Made by a program: the position numbers and the translations under genes | The notes under the pieces: model-generated | Told to the model about the DNA's origin: nothing | What the model saw: the letters and a program-made list of their open reading frames with translations, nothing else | Databases searched by the model: none | Assembly (NCBI GenBank): GCA_963839295.1 | Contig: CAWIUK010000015.1 | Coordinates: forward strand, 43,347 to 107,346 | From: an uncultured Acidobacteriota bacterium | GTDB taxonomy: Bacteria > Acidobacteriota > Thermoanaerobaculia > UBA5066 | Length of the DNA: 64,000 nucleotides | Direction: 5' to 3' | In this document: positions 26,838 through 37,458 of the stretch, piece after piece | Layout of the letters: every line of letters begins with the position of its first letter | Position numbering within the stretch: the stretch's first letter is position 1

Positions 26838-27650
26838 ATGCTCGCGCAGAAGAAGATCGCCGTCATCGGATCGGGAACGATGGGCCGGAGCATCGCCTCG
26901 GGCCTGCTCCGCTCGGGGAAGGTCGGGCCGAAGGCGCTCCGCGCGACCGCGCGCACGAAGGCCAGCGCCGAAAAGGTCGCGGGGGAGCTCGGCATCCCGT
27001 GCACCACGGCGAACGCCGAGGCCGCTTCGGACGCCGACATCGTGATCCTGTGCGTGAAGCCGAAGGACGTGGCGAAGGCCGTCGAGTCGATCAGGGGCAA
27101 GCGCCGGAAGGCTCCGCTCGTGATCTCGATCGCGGCGGGCATCAGCACCGGCTTCATCGAGGGCCACTTCGGCGACGCGACGCCCGTCCTCCGGGCGATG
27201 CCGAACACGCCCTGCCTGATCGGCAAGGGCATGACGGTCCTCTCGAAGGGGAGCCACGCCACGGACGCCGACGTCGCGCTCGCGACGGAGATCTTCGAGC
27301 CGCTCGGGAAGGTCCTCGAGCTCGAGGAGAAGCACATGGACACGGTGACGGGCCTCTCGGCCAGCGGCCCGGCCTTCATCTACATCATCATCGAGGCGCT
27401 CGCGGACGGCGGCGTGATGCGCGGCCTGCCGCGGAGCGTCGCGACGACGCTCGTCGCCCAGATGACGATGGGCGCCGCCGAGATGGTCCTGACGACGGGC
27501 CGGCACCCGGCGGCCCTCAAGGACGACGTGACCACGCCGGCGGGCTGCACCATCGCGGGGATCCTCGCCCTGGAGGACGGGCGCATCCGTTCGGTTCTCG
27601 CGCGAGGCGTCGAGACGGCCGCGAAGGTGGCGGGGGAGCTCGGGAAGTAG
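26838..27650 (+). CDS. proC: pyrroline-5-carboxylate reductase
   Basis: KIAVIGSGTMGRSIASGLL NAD(P) fold and a ProC C-terminal domain (SPGGTTIAG-like TTPAGCTIAGILALE). Confidence 0.85.
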   Translation: MLAQKKIAVIGSGTMGRSIASGLLRSGKVGPKALRATARTKASAEKVAGELGIPCTTANAEAASDADIVILCVKPKDVAKAVESIRGKRRKAPLVISIAAGISTGFIEGHFGDATPVLRAMPNTPCLIGKGMTVLSKGSHATDADVALATEIFEPLGKVLELEEKHMDTVTGLSASGPAFIYIIIEALADGGVMRGLPRSVATTLVAQMTMGAAEMVLTTGRHPAALKDDVTTPAGCTIAGILALEDGRIRSVLARGVETAAKVAGELGK

Positions 27651-27663
27651 CGGGCCGTCCCGT

Positions 27664-28113
27664 TCAGACCAGGGTCAGGTCGTCGAGGATCGCGAGGGCG
27701 ACTTCCTCGACGGCCCCGGCGACGGCGGGCGTGACGCCGGAGCCGGGGTCGACCTGCGCGGCCTCGATGCCGTAGACGGTCAGGGACGCCGGCAGGCGGC
27801 CGAGGACGCGCGCGGTCTCGATTCCCTCGGCGACGCCGGGCGAGTGCGAAGAGACCCAGCCCGCGTCGCCCGGGACGGGCCCTTCGGTCGCCTCGAAGCG
27901 GAACACGGTGCCCGGCGGGTGGCCGGAGCAGAGCGCGTCCACGACGACGACGTGGTCCGTGGGGCGCCAGTGCTCCATCAGGGAGAGCCCGTCCTTCGTG
28001 TGCTCGACCGTCCGGACGCCGCGGCAGGCATGCAGCCGGCGGGCCGCGAGGAGGCCCGCCGCGTCGTCGCCGCGGAACTCGTTGCCGACGCCGATGACGA
28101 GGACGGTCTGCAC
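27664..28113 (-). CDS. hydrogenase maturation endopeptidase (HyaD/HybD/HoxW family)
   Basis: VLVIGVGNEFRGDDAAGL...GHPPGTV...SHSPG. 149 aa, immediately downstream of the large subunit. Confidence 0.8.
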   Translation of the reverse strand: MQTVLVIGVGNEFRGDDAAGLLAARRLHACRGVRTVEHTKDGLSLMEHWRPTDHVVVVDALCSGHPPGTVFRFEATEGPVPGDAGWVSSHSPGVAEGIETARVLGRLPASLTVYGIEAAQVDPGSGVTPAVAGAVEEVALAILDDLTLV

Positions 28114-28114
28114 G

Positions 28115-29407
28115 TCAGTCCCTCTCGATCCTCAGCTTCAGGAAATGCGTCGCGCACGAGATGCAGGGGTCGTGGTTGCGGACGACCTGCTCGCAGAGGA
28201 GCGTGAGGCGCTCCTCGGCGACGTCGAGGTGGTCCTGGACGAAGCCGCGGAGGTCGGCCTCCATCGCGCGGAGGTTCGACGCCGTCGGCGGCACGATCCG
28301 GGCCTCCTGGATGAGGCCGTCGCCGCCGATCCGGTAGCGGTGGAAGAGCAGGCCGCGCGGCGCCTCGGTGGCGGCGGCGCCCACGGCCTCGCGCGGGACG
28401 AGCTCGACGAACGAGGGCTCGGGCGGCTCGTACGACCGGAGGATCCGGAGCGCCTCGTCGACGGCCCAGAGCGTCTCGACGCAGCGGACGAGGATGCTCT
28501 TGAACGGGTTCCGGCACTCCTTCCCGAGCCCGGCTTCCCGCGCGGCGGCCTGGATGGGGGCGCCGAGGCGGTCCCAGTTGAGCGTGTAGCGCGCGAGCGG
28601 GCCGGTCTGGATGATCCCGCCGCCCTTGCGGCGGGCGTGGAGGGCGTTCGAGCGCCGGACGTGCTCCTCCTCGAAGTGCTGCTCCCAGTCGGAAGCGGCG
28701 ATGTCCAGGCCCTCGCTCGAGACGATCCTGCCCTCGTTCAGCGGGTACTCGGTCGGGTGGCGCAGGCAGACGAGCTCGTGGTGGAGGTCGAGCTCGGGGA
28801 ACGTGAACCCGGAGGCCCACTTCAGGAGCGCCTCGGCCTCGCCGCGCGCCGTCTCGAGCTTCGGGACGAGCGGCGCGAGCTCCTCGGCCGAGGGCGCGCG
28901 CCAGAAGCCGCCGACGCGCACGTTCACGGGGTGGATCTCGCGCCCGCCGACCGCCGTGACGATCTCGTTGCCGGCCTTCTTCAGGCGCAGGCTGAGCGTC
29001 ACGGCCTCCGGATGGTCCTTCGCCATGTGGAGCGCGCTCTCGTATCCGAGGAAGTCGGGCGCGTGGAGCATCGCGGCGTGGAGGACGTGGCTCTCGATCC
29101 ACTCGCCGCAGTAGAGGAGGCGCCTGAGCGCGCGCACGCGCGGGCCGGGGTCCGCCGCGCAGGCGGCCTCCATCGCGTGGACGGAGCTCATCTGGTACGC
29201 GACGGGGCAGATGCCGCAGATGCGCGCCGTGAGGTCCGGCGCCTCGCCGAGCGCGCGGCCCTTCAGGAAGGCCTCGAAGAAACGCGGCGGCTCGTAGATG
29301 TCGAGCCGGACCTCCTGGACCTTCCCGGCGCGCACCCGCACCTTCAGGCCGCCCTCGCCCTCGACGCGCGCGAGCGCGTTCACCGTGATCGTCCGGACGT
29401 TACTCAT
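28115..29407 (-). CDS. [NiFe]-hydrogenase large (alpha) subunit, group 3b-like bidirectional enzyme
   Basis: N-terminal [10 protein letters not shown] and C-terminal DPCISCATH nickel-binding motifs. 430 aa. Confidence 0.9.
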   Translation of the reverse strand: MSNVRTITVNALARVEGEGGLKVRVRAGKVQEVRLDIYEPPRFFEAFLKGRALGEAPDLTARICGICPVAYQMSSVHAMEAACAADPGPRVRALRRLLYCGEWIESHVLHAAMLHAPDFLGYESALHMAKDHPEAVTLSLRLKKAGNEIVTAVGGREIHPVNVRVGGFWRAPSAEELAPLVPKLETARGEAEALLKWASGFTFPELDLHHELVCLRHPTEYPLNEGRIVSSEGLDIAASDWEQHFEEEHVRRSNALHARRKGGGIIQTGPLARYTLNWDRLGAPIQAAAREAGLGKECRNPFKSILVRCVETLWAVDEALRILRSYEPPEPSFVELVPREAVGAAATEAPRGLLFHRYRIGGDGLIQEARIVPPTASNLRAMEADLRGFVQDHLDVAEERLTLLCEQVVRNHDPCISCATHFLKLRIERD

Positions 29408-30173
29408 GGAGCTCGCTTTCCCTGCGGAACGCCTCGGCGCTCGCGTTGAACGAGCGGAACGCGCGCACGAGGCCCGCGGGCGGGACGCCGAGCCCGCTCC
29501 AGAGGGCGGCGAGGGAGGCCGTGTTCGGCGACTCCATCGGGCCGAAGCACGCGAAGCAGCCGCGGCCCCAGGACGGGCAGAGCGCGTCGCAGCCCGCCTG
29601 CGTGACGGGCCCGAGACACGGCGTCCCGTGCGCGACCATGACGCACGGCGTGCCGCGCCTCTTGCACTCGAGGCAGACGCTCGACGCAGGCGTCACGGGC
29701 TTGCGGCCCGCGAGGAACGCGCTCACGACCTCGAGGAGCTGGACCTTGCTGATCGGGCAGCCGCGCAGCTCGAAGTCGACAAAGACGTGGTCGCGGATGG
29801 GCGTGGATTTCCCGAGGACTTCCAGGAACTGCGGCGACGCGTAGACGGCTTTCGCGTACTCGCGCACGTCCGTGAAGTTCCGGAGCGCCTGGATGCCGCC
29901 CGCGGTCGCGCACGCGCCGATCGTCACGAGAAACTTCGCCTTCCGGCGGACCGCGTGGATGCGCTCGGCGTCGTGCGGCGTCGTGACGGAGCCCTCGACG
30001 AGGACGAGGTCCCACGGCCCCTTGCCGACGGCGCGCGAGGCCTCGAGGAAGTTGTCGATCGAAACGGCGCCCGCGACCGCGAGGAGCTCGTCCTCGCAGT
30101 CGAGGAGGGAGAGCTGGCAGCCGTCGCAGGAGGCGAACTTGAAGACGGCGAGCTTCGGCTTCGCGTTCTGCAT
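29400..30173 (-). CDS. [NiFe]-hydrogenase small (delta) subunit
   Basis: [15 protein letters not shown] proximal-cluster motif and multiple Cys clusters ([26 protein letters not shown]). Confidence 0.85.
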   Translation of the reverse strand: MQNAKPKLAVFKFASCDGCQLSLLDCEDELLAVAGAVSIDNFLEASRAVGKGPWDLVLVEGSVTTPHDAERIHAVRRKAKFLVTIGACATAGGIQALRNFTDVREYAKAVYASPQFLEVLGKSTPIRDHVFVDFELRGCPISKVQLLEVVSAFLAGRKPVTPASSVCLECKRRGTPCVMVAHGTPCLGPVTQAGCDALCPSWGRGCFACFGPMESPNTASLAALWSGLGVPPAGLVRAFRSFNASAEAFRRESELHE

Positions 30174-30986
30174 TCAGAGCTCCCGCCGGGACATGAGGTC
30201 CCAGACGTCGGCGCACGGGAAGACCGGCCCGTCCCGGCAGACGAACTTCGGCCCGCACTGGCAGTGGCCGCACAGCCCGACGCCGCACTTCATGTTCCGC
30301 TCGAGCGAGAGCCACACCCTCGAGGGCGGGACGCCGCGCCGCTCGAGCTCGAGGACGGTGAACCGCATCATCGTCTCGGGGCCGCAGATCATCGCGACCG
30401 TGTTGTACGGGTCGAACGGGACGCGCGGGATGAGCGTCGTGACGACGCCGACGTTGCCGCGCCACGCGCTCGTCGCCCGGTCGACCGTCACGTGGACGTC
30501 GAGGTCGAAGTCCCCGCGCCAGTCGTGGAGCTGCCCGCGGTAGAGGATGTCGTCGGGCGTGCGGGCGCCGTAGAGGAGGACGACGCGCCCGTAGCGCTCC
30601 CGGTGCGAGAGGATCTCGTAGAGGGCCGGGCGCAGCGGCGCGAGGCCGATCCCGCCCGCCACGACGACGACGTCGCAGCCCTCGGCTTCCTCGACGGGCC
30701 AGCCCGTGCCGAACGGGCCGCGGACGCCGATCGCGTCGCCGCGCCTGAGCGCGCCCATCCCCTTCGTGACGGCGCCGACGGCGCGCGTCGTGTGGACGAG
30801 CTTCCGGGGGAACGCCGGGTCGCCGCTGATCGAGATCGGCACCTCGCCGATCCCGAAGACGTAGAGCATGTTGAACTGGCCGGGATCGAACGGAAACGCT
30901 CCGCCCCCCTGCGGGAGGAGCTCCAGCGTGAACGTGTCCGCCGTCTCGCGCTGCGTCCGCTCGACGACGTACGGCACCGGGAGCAT
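30174..30986 (-). CDS. hydrogenase gamma subunit (FAD/NAD(P)-binding, PyrK-like, with C-terminal 2Fe-2S)
   Basis: FNR-like fold plus [17 protein letters not shown] cluster motif. 270 aa. Confidence 0.75.
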   Translation of the reverse strand: MLPVPYVVERTQRETADTFTLELLPQGGGAFPFDPGQFNMLYVFGIGEVPISISGDPAFPRKLVHTTRAVGAVTKGMGALRRGDAIGVRGPFGTGWPVEEAEGCDVVVVAGGIGLAPLRPALYEILSHRERYGRVVLLYGARTPDDILYRGQLHDWRGDFDLDVHVTVDRATSAWRGNVGVVTTLIPRVPFDPYNTVAMICGPETMMRFTVLELERRGVPPSRVWLSLERNMKCGVGLCGHCQCGPKFVCRDGPVFPCADVWDLMSRREL

Positions 30987-31045
30987 CAGGTCCGCGCCGG
31001 AATGTGCGGCCCCGACGGTTCTCGGCGGCGTCTCGAGAACGGACG

Positions 31046-31522
31046 TCACAGGTGTCTCGCCGCCGGTTCGTTCGCGTAGAGGTCGAGGAGCTGCAGGTAC
31101 GTGAGGTCGAGGCGCCGCGCGAGGATGTCGGCGAAGCTCCTGAGGAGCTCGTAGCCGAGATCGTGGTCCGCCTCGCACTTCTGCCGCAGGCACTTGCCGT
31201 CGAGGGCGATCACGCGCGTGAGCTCCGTGGCCTTCGCGCTGCAGCGCCAGCGGTACGGCGGCAGGAGCCAGGACCAGCCGAGGATCTCGCCGTCCGTCCA
31301 CGTCTGGATCGTCACGACGCCCCGCGGGGGCGCGCCGATCTCGACGGCGACCTTCCCGTGCCGGATCACGAAGAACTGGTCGGCCTCCTCGCCCTCGCGG
31401 AAGAGGAACTGGCCGGCCTCGAAGCGCTCGTTCTTCGCGCAGCCGGCGACGGTCCGGATGTGCGCGGGGCTGACGCTCCTGAGGAAGGGGTGTTCGGCGA
31501 GCAGGGGGTCGAGGCCTTCCAT
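31046..31522 (-). CDS. cyclic-nucleotide-binding (cNMP) domain protein embedded in the hydrogenase operon
   Basis: [30 protein letters not shown], a cNMP-binding fold of about 158 aa with no DNA-binding HTH. It sits between the beta and gamma subunit genes. Confidence 0.6.
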   Translation of the reverse strand: MEGLDPLLAEHPFLRSVSPAHIRTVAGCAKNERFEAGQFLFREGEEADQFFVIRHGKVAVEIGAPPRGVVTIQTWTDGEILGWSWLLPPYRWRCSAKATELTRVIALDGKCLRQKCEADHDLGYELLRSFADILARRLDLTYLQLLDLYANEPAARHL

Positions 31523-31533
31523 TCGTTCCTCCG

Positions 31534-32682
31534 TCAGGCGGCCGGCGCGGGCCGGCCGTCCTCGAGTGCGCGGGCTTCTTCCGTGAGGTCGATCCCCGCG
31601 GGGCACCACGTGATGCAGCGGCCGCAGCCGACGCAGCCGGTCTCCCCGAACTGGTCGATCCACGTCGCGAGCTTGTGCGTCATCCACTGGCGGTAGCGCG
31701 AGGAGACGCTTCTCCGGATGCTGCCCCCGTGGATGTACGAGAAATCGAGCGTGTGGCACGAGTCCCAGCGCCGCCAGCGCTCGGCGGACGCGCCCGCGAG
31801 GTCCGACGAATCCTCGACGGTCGCGCAGAAGCACGTGGGGCAGACCATCGTGCAGTTCGCGCACGACAGGCACCGGGCGGCGATCTCCTCCCAGCGCGGG
31901 CTCTCGGCGCTCGCCTCGAGGAGGTCCTTCAGCCCCGCGACGTCGAGCGTCCGGCCCATTCCGGCCCCGGCGTGCCGCGTCGCCGCGAGCGCGGCCTCGA
32001 GGTCGGAGGGGTTCGCGGGGCGCGACGGGGTCTTCGCGAGGAGGGCCGCGCCCCGTTCCGTGCCGGTCTCGACGAGGAAGTCGTGGCGTCCGCCGTCGAG
32101 GAGCTCGGTGAGGGCGAGGTCGAAGCCGGAGGCGGCGCGCGGGCCCGTCCCGAGGGACGCGCAGAAGCACGTGCTCTCCGCCTCGCCGCACTGGACGGCG
32201 ACGAGGAGCGCCTTCTCGCGCCGGGCCCGGTACGCGGGATCGGAGTACGGCCCGCCGAGGAAGACGCGGTCCTGCCGCGCGATCGCCGCGAGATCGCACG
32301 GGCGGACGCCGAGGAACGCGTCGGGCCTCGGGTCCGCGTCCTGGCCCTCCACGACGAGCGTCTTCTTCGCCCGGGTCGCGCCGAAGAGCCGGAGCGAGGC
32401 GGGGAAGAGATACTTCTTCCACGCGTGCGGCCCGACGGTGTAGCCGAAGAGCGCGCCGTCGCCTCGCGGGCGGAGCCGGTAGCGGCCGTTCGTCTGTTCC
32501 TGCCCGACTCCCGCGGGGAGCCGGGCCGCGGAGGAGATCTCGTCGTAGACAATCGCGCCGTCCTTCACGGTCGGACCGAGGAGCCGGTAGCCCGAATCGA
32601 GGATGGCGGCGAGGAGCGCCGAAATGTCAGGCGCCTCGACCACGCGGGACGAGGCGCCGGGCGCCTCCTCGGAGGCAATCAT
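31534..32682 (-). CDS. hydrogenase beta subunit (4Fe-4S ferredoxin-like, NAD(P)-side)
   Basis: [16 protein letters not shown] and [14 protein letters not shown] cluster motifs. 382 aa. Confidence 0.75.
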   Translation of the reverse strand: MIASEEAPGASSRVVEAPDISALLAAILDSGYRLLGPTVKDGAIVYDEISSAARLPAGVGQEQTNGRYRLRPRGDGALFGYTVGPHAWKKYLFPASLRLFGATRAKKTLVVEGQDADPRPDAFLGVRPCDLAAIARQDRVFLGGPYSDPAYRARREKALLVAVQCGEAESTCFCASLGTGPRAASGFDLALTELLDGGRHDFLVETGTERGAALLAKTPSRPANPSDLEAALAATRHAGAGMGRTLDVAGLKDLLEASAESPRWEEIAARCLSCANCTMVCPTCFCATVEDSSDLAGASAERWRRWDSCHTLDFSYIHGGSIRRSVSSRYRQWMTHKLATWIDQFGETGCVGCGRCITWCPAGIDLTEEARALEDGRPAPAA

Positions 32683-32697
32683 GCAGTCCCTCCCTCA

Positions 32698-32731
32698 AAT
32701 CGATAGGGCCGGGGAGGGCGAGGTGTCAAGA
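32698..32731 (-). promoter_or_regulatory. putative sigma70-type promoter of the hydrogenase operon
   Basis: Minus strand: TTGACA, 18-bp spacer, TATCGA, then GAGGGAGGG RBS, then the ATG of the beta subunit at 32682. Confidence 0.35.
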
Positions 32732-32764
32732 GATGCAGGGGCACGGAGCCGCCCGCTTCGGCGG

Positions 32765-33469
32765 TCAGACGCCGAGGTAAGCCTTCCTGACGTGCTCGTC
32801 GTTCAGGAGGTCCTTCCCCGTGCCCTCGAGCACGATGCGCCCGTTCTCGAGGACGTAGGCGCGGTCCGCCACCGCGAGCGTCTTGAACACGTTCTGCTCG
32901 ACGAGGAGGACGGTCACGCCCGCGGCGTGGACCTCCGCGATGACGCGGAAGATGTCCGAGACGAGGATCGGGGAGAGGCCGAGCGACGGCTCGTCGAGCA
33001 TCAGGAGGCGCGGCTTCGACATGAGCCCGCGGGCGATCGCGCACATCTGCTGCTCGCCGCCCGACATCGTGCCGGCCGCCTGCTTCTCGCGTTCCTTGAG
33101 CCGCGGGAAGATCCCGTACACCTTCTCGAGCATCTCGGGCCGCGACTTCCTCGCGTCCGGCGTGAGCGCCCCGAGGAGGAGGTTCTCCTTGACGGTCATC
33201 TCCGGGAAGAGCCGCCGCGCCTCGGGGACGTGGGCGATTCCGAGCCCGACGAGGTCGTGGGTCTCTCGCGTGTGGAGCGGCTGCCCTTCGTACGTCACCG
33301 CGCCCTTCCGGGGCCGGAGGATCGAGGAGACGGTGTTGAGGCTCGTGGTCTTGCCCGAGCCGTTCGCGCCGATGAGCGCGACGATCTCGCCCTTCTGGAC
33401 GTTGAACGACACGTCCCACAGCACCTGGACGTCGCCGTAGAAGACGTCGACGTTCCGGACCTCAAGCAT
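32765..33469 (-). CDS. livF: LivF-type ABC ATP-binding protein (operon 2)
   Basis: GANGSGKTT, MSGGEQQM, LLMLDEP. Confidence 0.85.
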   Translation of the reverse strand: MLEVRNVDVFYGDVQVLWDVSFNVQKGEIVALIGANGSGKTTSLNTVSSILRPRKGAVTYEGQPLHTRETHDLVGLGIAHVPEARRLFPEMTVKENLLLGALTPDARKSRPEMLEKVYGIFPRLKEREKQAAGTMSGGEQQMCAIARGLMSKPRLLMLDEPSLGLSPILVSDIFRVIAEVHAAGVTVLLVEQNVFKTLAVADRAYVLENGRIVLEGTGKDLLNDEHVRKAYLGV

Positions 33470-34181
33470 GCGCGGCTCCCAGGTACGCCTCGATCACGCG
33501 CGGGTCGTTCGCGACCTCGGCCGGGGAGCCCTCCGAGATCCTCTCCCCGTAGCAGACGCACAGGAGGCGCTGCGAGATCGACATGATGACGCGCATGTTG
33601 TGCTCGATGATGAGGATCGTGACGCCGCTCTCGTGGATCTTGCGGACGATCGTGATCGTCTTCTCGACCTCGGAGGGGTTGAGCCCCGCGAAGTTCTCGT
33701 CGAGGAGAAGGAGGTCCGGCTTCGTCGCGAGGGCGCGCGCCATCTCGAGGCGCTTGCGCATCCCGAGGGGCAGGCTGCCCGCGAGGCGGTCGCGCCAGGC
33801 TTCCATCTCCGTGAAGGCGATCGCCTCGAGGGCGATGCGGCTCGCCTCGCCGCGGTGACCGGTGCGGGAGAACGCCGAGACCATGACGTTCTCGAGGACC
33901 GTGAGGCGCGCGAGCGGCTTGACGACCTGGAACGTCCGCGCGAGGCCGCGCCGGCAGACCTGGAAGGGCTTGAGGCCGTCGATCCGCTCGCCCTTGAAGA
34001 GGATCTCGCCCTCCGTCGGTGGGATGTAGCCGTTGATGAGGTTGAAGATCGTCGTCTTCCCGGCGCCGTTTGGGCCGATCAGGCCGAGGATCTCGCCTTT
34101 TTCGATCCGGAACGTCATGCCCCCGACGGCCTGCAGGCCGCCGAAGCGCTTCGTGACGCCCCGGAGCTCGAGGAGGCTCAT
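33462..34181 (-). CDS. livG: LivG-type ABC ATP-binding protein (operon 2)
   Basis: GPNGAGKTT...LPLGMRKRLEMARALA...LLLDENFAGL. Confidence 0.85.
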   Translation of the reverse strand: MSLLELRGVTKRFGGLQAVGGMTFRIEKGEILGLIGPNGAGKTTIFNLINGYIPPTEGEILFKGERIDGLKPFQVCRRGLARTFQVVKPLARLTVLENVMVSAFSRTGHRGEASRIALEAIAFTEMEAWRDRLAGSLPLGMRKRLEMARALATKPDLLLLDENFAGLNPSEVEKTITIVRKIHESGVTILIIEHNMRVIMSISQRLLCVCYGERISEGSPAEVANDPRVIEAYLGAAHA

Positions 34182-35143
34182 GCGGCCCCCTTCGACGTCG
34201 CCGGGGAGGCGGCCCGCAGGCGGCGGCCCGCCCAGCGCTCGCGGAGGGTCCCGACGATCCCCTGCGGGAAGAAGATGATGATGACGATGATGAGGATTCC
34301 GAAGAAGAGCAGGTGCCCCGACTTCAGGAAGACGCGGAACGCCTCGGACATCAGGATGTAGAGGACGGCGCCGACGGCCGGGCCCTCCATCGTCGCCGCG
34401 CCGCCGAGCATCGTGACGAGGATCATCATGATCGAGATGTCGGGGAGCGAGAAGACGATGCCCGGGTCGATGAACCCCATGTAGTTCATGTAGAAGCTGC
34501 CCGCGACGCCGGTGAAGAAGGCGCTGATGAGGAGCGAGATGAGCTTGTACTTCGTCGTGTCGATCCCGAGCGACTCGGCGCAGTCCTGGTCCTCGCGGAT
34601 CGCGAGGAAGTAGAACCCGAGCTTGCTGCGCATGACGGCGCGGATCGTCAGGAAGCTCGCGGCGGCGAGCGCGAGAATGATCCAGTAGTACGCGGCCTTC
34701 GAGTTGAAGGCGGGGATGTAGAGGATCCCCTCCGCGCCGTTCGTGAGGTCCTTCCAGTTCACCGCGATCAGCCTGAGGACCTCGGAGAGCGCGAGGATCG
34801 AGAGCGAGAAATACGGTCCGCGGAGGCGGAAGCAGATCCAGCCGAGGACCGCCCCGACGAGCGCCGCGAGGATTCCTCCGAAGAGCAGTCCCCACCAGGC
34901 CGTCGCGGGCGAGAGGCCCGACTTGACCATGATGGCCGTCGTATAGGCGCCCACGCCGAAGAAGGCGGCGTGGCCGTACGAGACCTGGCCGGTGTACCCG
35001 CCGAGGAGGTTCCAGGCCTGCCCGAGGAGGACCCACAGGAAGACCATGACGAGCATGTGGAGGACGTACGTGTTCGAGACGAACAGCGGGACCGCCGCGA
35101 GCGCGGCGGCGCACGCCGCGGCCGGGAGAAGGCCCTTCGTCAT
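34178..35143 (-). CDS. livM: LivM-type permease (operon 2)
   Basis: Polytopic permease with AT-richer codon usage than the flanking sequence. Confidence 0.85.
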   Translation of the reverse strand: MTKGLLPAAACAAALAAVPLFVSNTYVLHMLVMVFLWVLLGQAWNLLGGYTGQVSYGHAAFFGVGAYTTAIMVKSGLSPATAWWGLLFGGILAALVGAVLGWICFRLRGPYFSLSILALSEVLRLIAVNWKDLTNGAEGILYIPAFNSKAAYYWIILALAAASFLTIRAVMRSKLGFYFLAIREDQDCAESLGIDTTKYKLISLLISAFFTGVAGSFYMNYMGFIDPGIVFSLPDISIMMILVTMLGGAATMEGPAVGAVLYILMSEAFRVFLKSGHLLFFGILIIVIIIFFPQGIVGTLRERWAGRRLRAASPATSKGAA

Positions 35144-35146
35144 CGC

Positions 35147-36070
35147 TCAGGCCCGCCCTTTTCCGAGGAGGCCCCTGGGCAGGAAGATGAGGACGAGGAC
35201 GAAGATGATGAAGCCGAACGCGTCCTTGTAGCCGAGGGAGACGTAGACAGACCCGAGCGACTCGGCGAGGCCGAGGACGAGGCCGCCCAGCACGGCGCCG
35301 GGGATGTTCCCGAGGCCGCCGAGGACCGTGATCACGAACGCCTTGCTCGTGAACGGCCCGCCGATCTGCGGGTACAGATAGTAGACGGGGTCGAGGAGCG
35401 CGCCGGCGGCGCCCACGAGCGCCGAGCCGAGGCCGAACGTGATGTACGTGATCCGCTTCGTGTTGATCCCCATGAGCGACGCCGCGCGCTTGTCCTGTGC
35501 CGTCGCGCGGATCATCCGGCCCGTGTCCGTCATCCCGAGGAACACGAAGAGGGCCGCGCCAAGGGCCACGGCGATCCCGAACGCGACCAGGAACGGGTAG
35601 CTGAAGGAGAGCGAGATCGTCTGCCCGCCCATCTTCACGTCCCAGTAGATCGTCTTCGAGGCGTACGAGACGGGCACGGACCGGTAGTTCGCCGTGAAGA
35701 GGAGGAGCGCGAGGTTCGACAGGACGAGGCCGATGCCGACCGTGAGGAGGACCTGGTTCTGCGGGAGGACCGAGTCCGCGTTCATGACCGGCGTGATGAG
35801 GAACTTCTGGATCGCGACGCCGAGCAGGAACATCGCCGGGCAGACGACGAGGAGCGAGACGTACGGGTCCACCTTCCAGAGCGTGAACATCCCGTACGTC
35901 ATGTACATCGCCACCATCATCAGCTCGCCGTGCGCGAGGTTGATGATCTTCATGACGCCCATGATCAGGGACATCCCGAGCCCGATCAGGGCGTAGAGGC
36001 CCCCGAGCAGGATCCCCGAGATGAGGACCTGCCCGAGGAGCTCGATCTGTCCGGCGACCTGCGGCGACAT
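35147..36070 (-). CDS. livH: LivH-type permease (operon 2)
   Basis: [17 protein letters not shown] block. 307 aa. Confidence 0.85.
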   Translation of the reverse strand: MSPQVAGQIELLGQVLISGILLGGLYALIGLGMSLIMGVMKIINLAHGELMMVAMYMTYGMFTLWKVDPYVSLLVVCPAMFLLGVAIQKFLITPVMNADSVLPQNQVLLTVGIGLVLSNLALLLFTANYRSVPVSYASKTIYWDVKMGGQTISLSFSYPFLVAFGIAVALGAALFVFLGMTDTGRMIRATAQDKRAASLMGINTKRITYITFGLGSALVGAAGALLDPVYYLYPQIGGPFTSKAFVITVLGGLGNIPGAVLGGLVLGLAESLGSVYVSLGYKDAFGFIIFVLVLIFLPRGLLGKGRA

Positions 36071-36091
36071 GCGCTCCGTCCGCGGGGCCGG

Positions 36092-37291
36092 TTACTTGCG
36101 GTCGCGCCAGCGCGGAACCGGGTATACGTACTTCGCCGTGGCGGCCTCGGGAGGCCACACGGTCTCGTACTTGCCCTTGATGACCTGCAGGACGAGCGTG
36201 TCCATCCTGTTCTGGTTCGTGAACTTGCCCCAGGAGACGAACTTCACGGGTCCGAAGGCCGTCGTCGTGTCCGTGGCGGCGAGGGCGGCGCGGAGGTCTT
36301 CCGGCGTCGTCGACTTCGCGCGCTTGAGGACGTCGGCGAGGACGTACGCGGCGGCGTAGGCCTCGACGCCGTGGTAGTCGGGTTCCTTGCCGAACTTCTT
36401 CCTGAAGTTGTCGAAGAACTCCTTCGCGCCGGGGTACTTCGCCTGCGGCGTCCAGAGGGTCGCGGACATGCAGAGCTCGGAGGCGTCGGCCGCGTTCTGG
36501 AGGAACTCGGGGAGCGTGTGGCCCGCTCCGCCGCCGATGAACGCCTGCGCGTTGAGGTCGAGCTCCTTGGACTGCCGCATGAGGAGCGAGGCGTCCATGA
36601 GGTACGAGACCATGTAGACGATGTCGGGGCGGAGGGACTTGACCTTCTGGAGGATCGGCTTGAAGTCGACGCCGCCGGCCTGGTAGCCCTCGGAGAGGAC
36701 GACGTTCACGCCGTGAGCGTCGCAGTAGTCCTTCATCGCCTTGCTGGTCGAGTTCCCGAAGTCGGTGTTCTCGTAAAGGATCGCGATCGACCTGGGCTTC
36801 GCGACCTTCTCGAAGAACCCGAAGACGCCCATGTTGTAGAGACTCGCGGGCGGATTCAGGCGGTAGACGTACTTCCAGCCTTCCTGGGTAATCTTGTCGG
36901 CCGCCCCGGTGACGACGAGGTACGGGACCTTGTATTTTTCCGCCACGCCGGCGACGGCGTACGAGCACTGGCTCGAGTACTCGCCCACGACGATCGGGTA
37001 CTTGTTCGTCCCGATGAACTTCTCCACGATGGCCGTGGCCGTCTCGGGCTTGCCGCCCGAGTCCTGGATGTCGAGAGCGAGCTTGACGCCCTTCACGCCG
37101 CCCTTGGCGTTGATCTCCTCGACGGCCATGTCGTAGGCCTGCTTCTCCATCTCGCCGAACTTCGCTTCGGCGCCGGTGAGGGGCAGGGGCACCCCGACGG
37201 TGAAGGTCTTGCCCTGGGCGAGGAGGGGAGAGGCCGCGAGGGCCGCGATCGCCGCCACCGCGACCAGTACGGACGTGCGCCGGATCGTCAT
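36092..37291 (-). CDS. livK: LivK/LivJ-type periplasmic branched-chain amino-acid-binding protein (operon 2)
   Basis: Signal peptide MTIRRTSVLVAVAAIAALAASPLLA. PBP1 blocks KTFTVGVPLPLTGAEAKFG...PIVVGEYSS. Confidence 0.85.
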   Translation of the reverse strand: MTIRRTSVLVAVAAIAALAASPLLAQGKTFTVGVPLPLTGAEAKFGEMEKQAYDMAVEEINAKGGVKGVKLALDIQDSGGKPETATAIVEKFIGTNKYPIVVGEYSSQCSYAVAGVAEKYKVPYLVVTGAADKITQEGWKYVYRLNPPASLYNMGVFGFFEKVAKPRSIAILYENTDFGNSTSKAMKDYCDAHGVNVVLSEGYQAGGVDFKPILQKVKSLRPDIVYMVSYLMDASLLMRQSKELDLNAQAFIGGGAGHTLPEFLQNAADASELCMSATLWTPQAKYPGAKEFFDNFRKKFGKEPDYHGVEAYAAAYVLADVLKRAKSTTPEDLRAALAATDTTTAFGPVKFVSWGKFTNQNRMDTLVLQVIKGKYETVWPPEAATAKYVYPVPRWRDRK

Positions 37292-37357
37292 GAAAGGTCC
37301 TCCTATGGTGTGTTCCCGGGTTCGGGCCGCCCTGTTATGTCGAGAATCGGTCGCATC

Positions 37358-37380
37358 TTCGATGATTCGAATGTATCAAT
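37358..37380. promoter_or_regulatory. shared motif copy 1 (CGATGATTCGAATGTATCA) inside a palindromic stem CGCATCTT...AAGATGCG, upstream of livK (operon 2)
   Basis: 18-20-mer repeated at 38157-38178. Located about 70-90 bp upstream of the livK ATG on the minus strand. An adjacent 12-mer TGTCGAGAATCG recurs at about 51456. Confidence 0.35.
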
Positions 37381-37458
37381 TCGGAAAAAGATGCGCCGGG
37401 GCGGGGGCCCCGGCGCGGAGAGAGGCGGGGGCCCGGCGAAGGGTCCCTGCCCCGGGAA

